Source: the human T2T-CHM13v2.0 reference genome, Homo sapiens. Taken from it: a stretch of 64,000 nt of DNA. Shown here in pieces: positions 62,273-64,000 of this stretch. A program made the translations under genes and the position numbers. The stretch's first letter is position 1. Each line of letters begins with the position of its first letter. The stretch is from assembly GCF_009914755.1 (NCBI RefSeq), contig NC_060927.1; one strand, given 5' to 3'. Under the pieces are notes generated by a model. The model was not told the DNA's origin. It saw only the letters and a program-made list of their open reading frames with translations, and made no database searches.

Positions 62273-64000
62273 ACAACAAAGATGGGTGGGAAAACCACTT
62301 GTGCTAACATATGCTGAGAGGTCAGACTGAGCAAACCTAGACCCTTGGCCTGGCTGTGGTCATTTGGGTGGCACAGAGGATGATGAACAAGTCAAGGTGG
62401 CCCTTCTGACCCTGCCCATCCCAGTCCTGGGTCAGTCCAGAAGACACCTGTGTCCCCATTTAGAGCTAGGTCACACTTGGCACCTGGGATGGCTCAGGGA
62501 CACTTGGGTCCCCATTTACTCTTGGAGCTGGTCAGTGCATTCTCTGCCTGACAGAGATTGTAACAGGTTCAGGGAACCATGGACCCCCAGGCTTCAGGTG
62601 CTCGTGGCTATCACAGACTGGTCCGGAAGGACCTGAGGCCTCCTGGTCCACACTCCATATTATGGAGGGAGAAACAGATTCAGATAGTAGGAGAAAGGCA
62701 CTGATCTCATATGTTTTTGTTTTCATTTAACAAATATCTGAGCACCTGCTCTGTACCAGGCTCTGTGTTGGGCACTAGGGTACCATGGGGACCAGGACCT
62801 GCCAGTGTGTGGGTGTTAGGAGCCTAGAGGAAAGGCCCCATCCTGGTCCTGGAGTGGGCTGAGAACCAAAGGTTTTTGTCCCCTAGGCTGCCTCCACCAG
62901 CAGTGTGCAGCGTGGCATGCTCTGGTTCTCAGAGAAAGAGAATAGAGGCTGACCTGTTCAGTGTCCCACCCCCACTGTGTCCTTCCCTAGCCCAGAGTGA
63001 CAGGAGCCAGAACCTGCTTCTCTGTGAGTGTGGGGAGGCAGTGAGGCTGTGTCAGGCTCTGTGAGTGGGGTGGTGAGTAACCAGGTGAGAGGTGCCACCT
63101 GGCTTTAGATGCTGCCCACCCCATGAGGTGTGACGGACAGCTCCCTAGCCATGCCTCGTCCTGTCCTCAGCTGGGCAGGGAGTAGGCTGGTCCCACCTAG
63201 GCTGGGTGTGGACCCAGGAAGTAGCACAAGAAAGGGTACCACTAAGATTGGACAGTGGCAGTTGGTGTGGACCTGTTCATAGTAGCTGCTGCTGGAGCTG
63301 TTAGCCTTGTGCCCTGGAGTCCTGTATGGGAAGAGGCTGCAGGTCTGGGTGAGTGGTTCTTGTGAGGCAGGAGGAAGGATTCCATTCTCCATCCCTGAAA
63401 CCCTTGGCATGGTTGGGAATGGGAAGGTGGGGAAGAAGTCTTTTGGGAAGTGGACAGACCCTGGCAGGGGCTCATGGGTGTACTCACCCACCTCAGAGCC
63501 CAGCATTCATGGAGTGTGGGCCATTCCTCTTCAAGGTATGCAAGGGATGGGGTATGAGTTCAGAGATAAGGATCACATGTAGGCGGATGTCAGTCACAGA
63601 TCTCCCTTACACACACTGGTCCATACTGCCCTTGCATGACTGGGGAAGGGTCCTGACTAGAAAAACTGCTCTGCCTTTAGCCCTGCTTCTGCGGTGGGTG
63701 CTGGGGGCTTGGAAAGTGACTTCAGGCTCCCTTTTGGGGCCTGGTCCCTCTGGGAGCCTTCAGTGTTGGAGGGGAAGGAAGGAGCTGAGAGGACCCTGAG
63801 TGCCTCGCTTGATCCTGGCCAGCTCTGGCCTGTGGACAGGCCCTAGTGGCTGGGCTGCTATCACTGTGCCTGTGGGCCCATCCTGTCTGCCAGGCTGGCT
63901 CTCTACCTCCTGCCCCACCCTGTGCCACCATCACCTCTGCTGCTATGTTTGGGGCTTAAGCAACCTGCCTGCTTGCTTATATGGGGAGCCTGGCTGGGGC

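Overview
Primate (very likely human, 3p21.2) genomic DNA. The + strand carries the last 20 coding exons of RAD54L2/ARIP4, an SNF2-family DNA translocase (13070-48937). All introns are GT-AG and the phases join into one frame of 4265 nt; the start codon lies upstream of the window. A ~5.2-kb 3'UTR ends near an AATAAA at 54161. About 2.5 kb further on, in the same orientation, are a CpG-island promoter, a non-coding first exon and the first coding exon (59823-60080) of TEX264 (ER-phagy receptor and p97 adaptor). Repeats: 38 Alu elements by my count (25 antisense, 13 sense; none after ~53 kb), a near-full-length sense L1PA (~33375-39455) with disrupted ORF1/ORF2, MER20, MER58 and MER5 DNA-transposon fossils, and MIR/L2/old L1 fragments. 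Almost all long entries in the ORF track are Alu- or L1-derived, or exons reading into introns. I see no evidence of a wholly new gene system. The best leads are: (i) an intact, extended antisense ORF0 in an L1 that lacks its 5' YY1 site; (ii) the tight tandem pairing of two topoisomerase-adduct repair genes, with a possible in-frame read-through route; (iii) two intronic stop+AATAAA cassettes; (iv) a candidate uORF-bearing TEX264 5'UTR exon; (v) a perfect 55-bp 3'UTR duplication. Repeat boundaries and subfamilies were judged by eye and are approximate.
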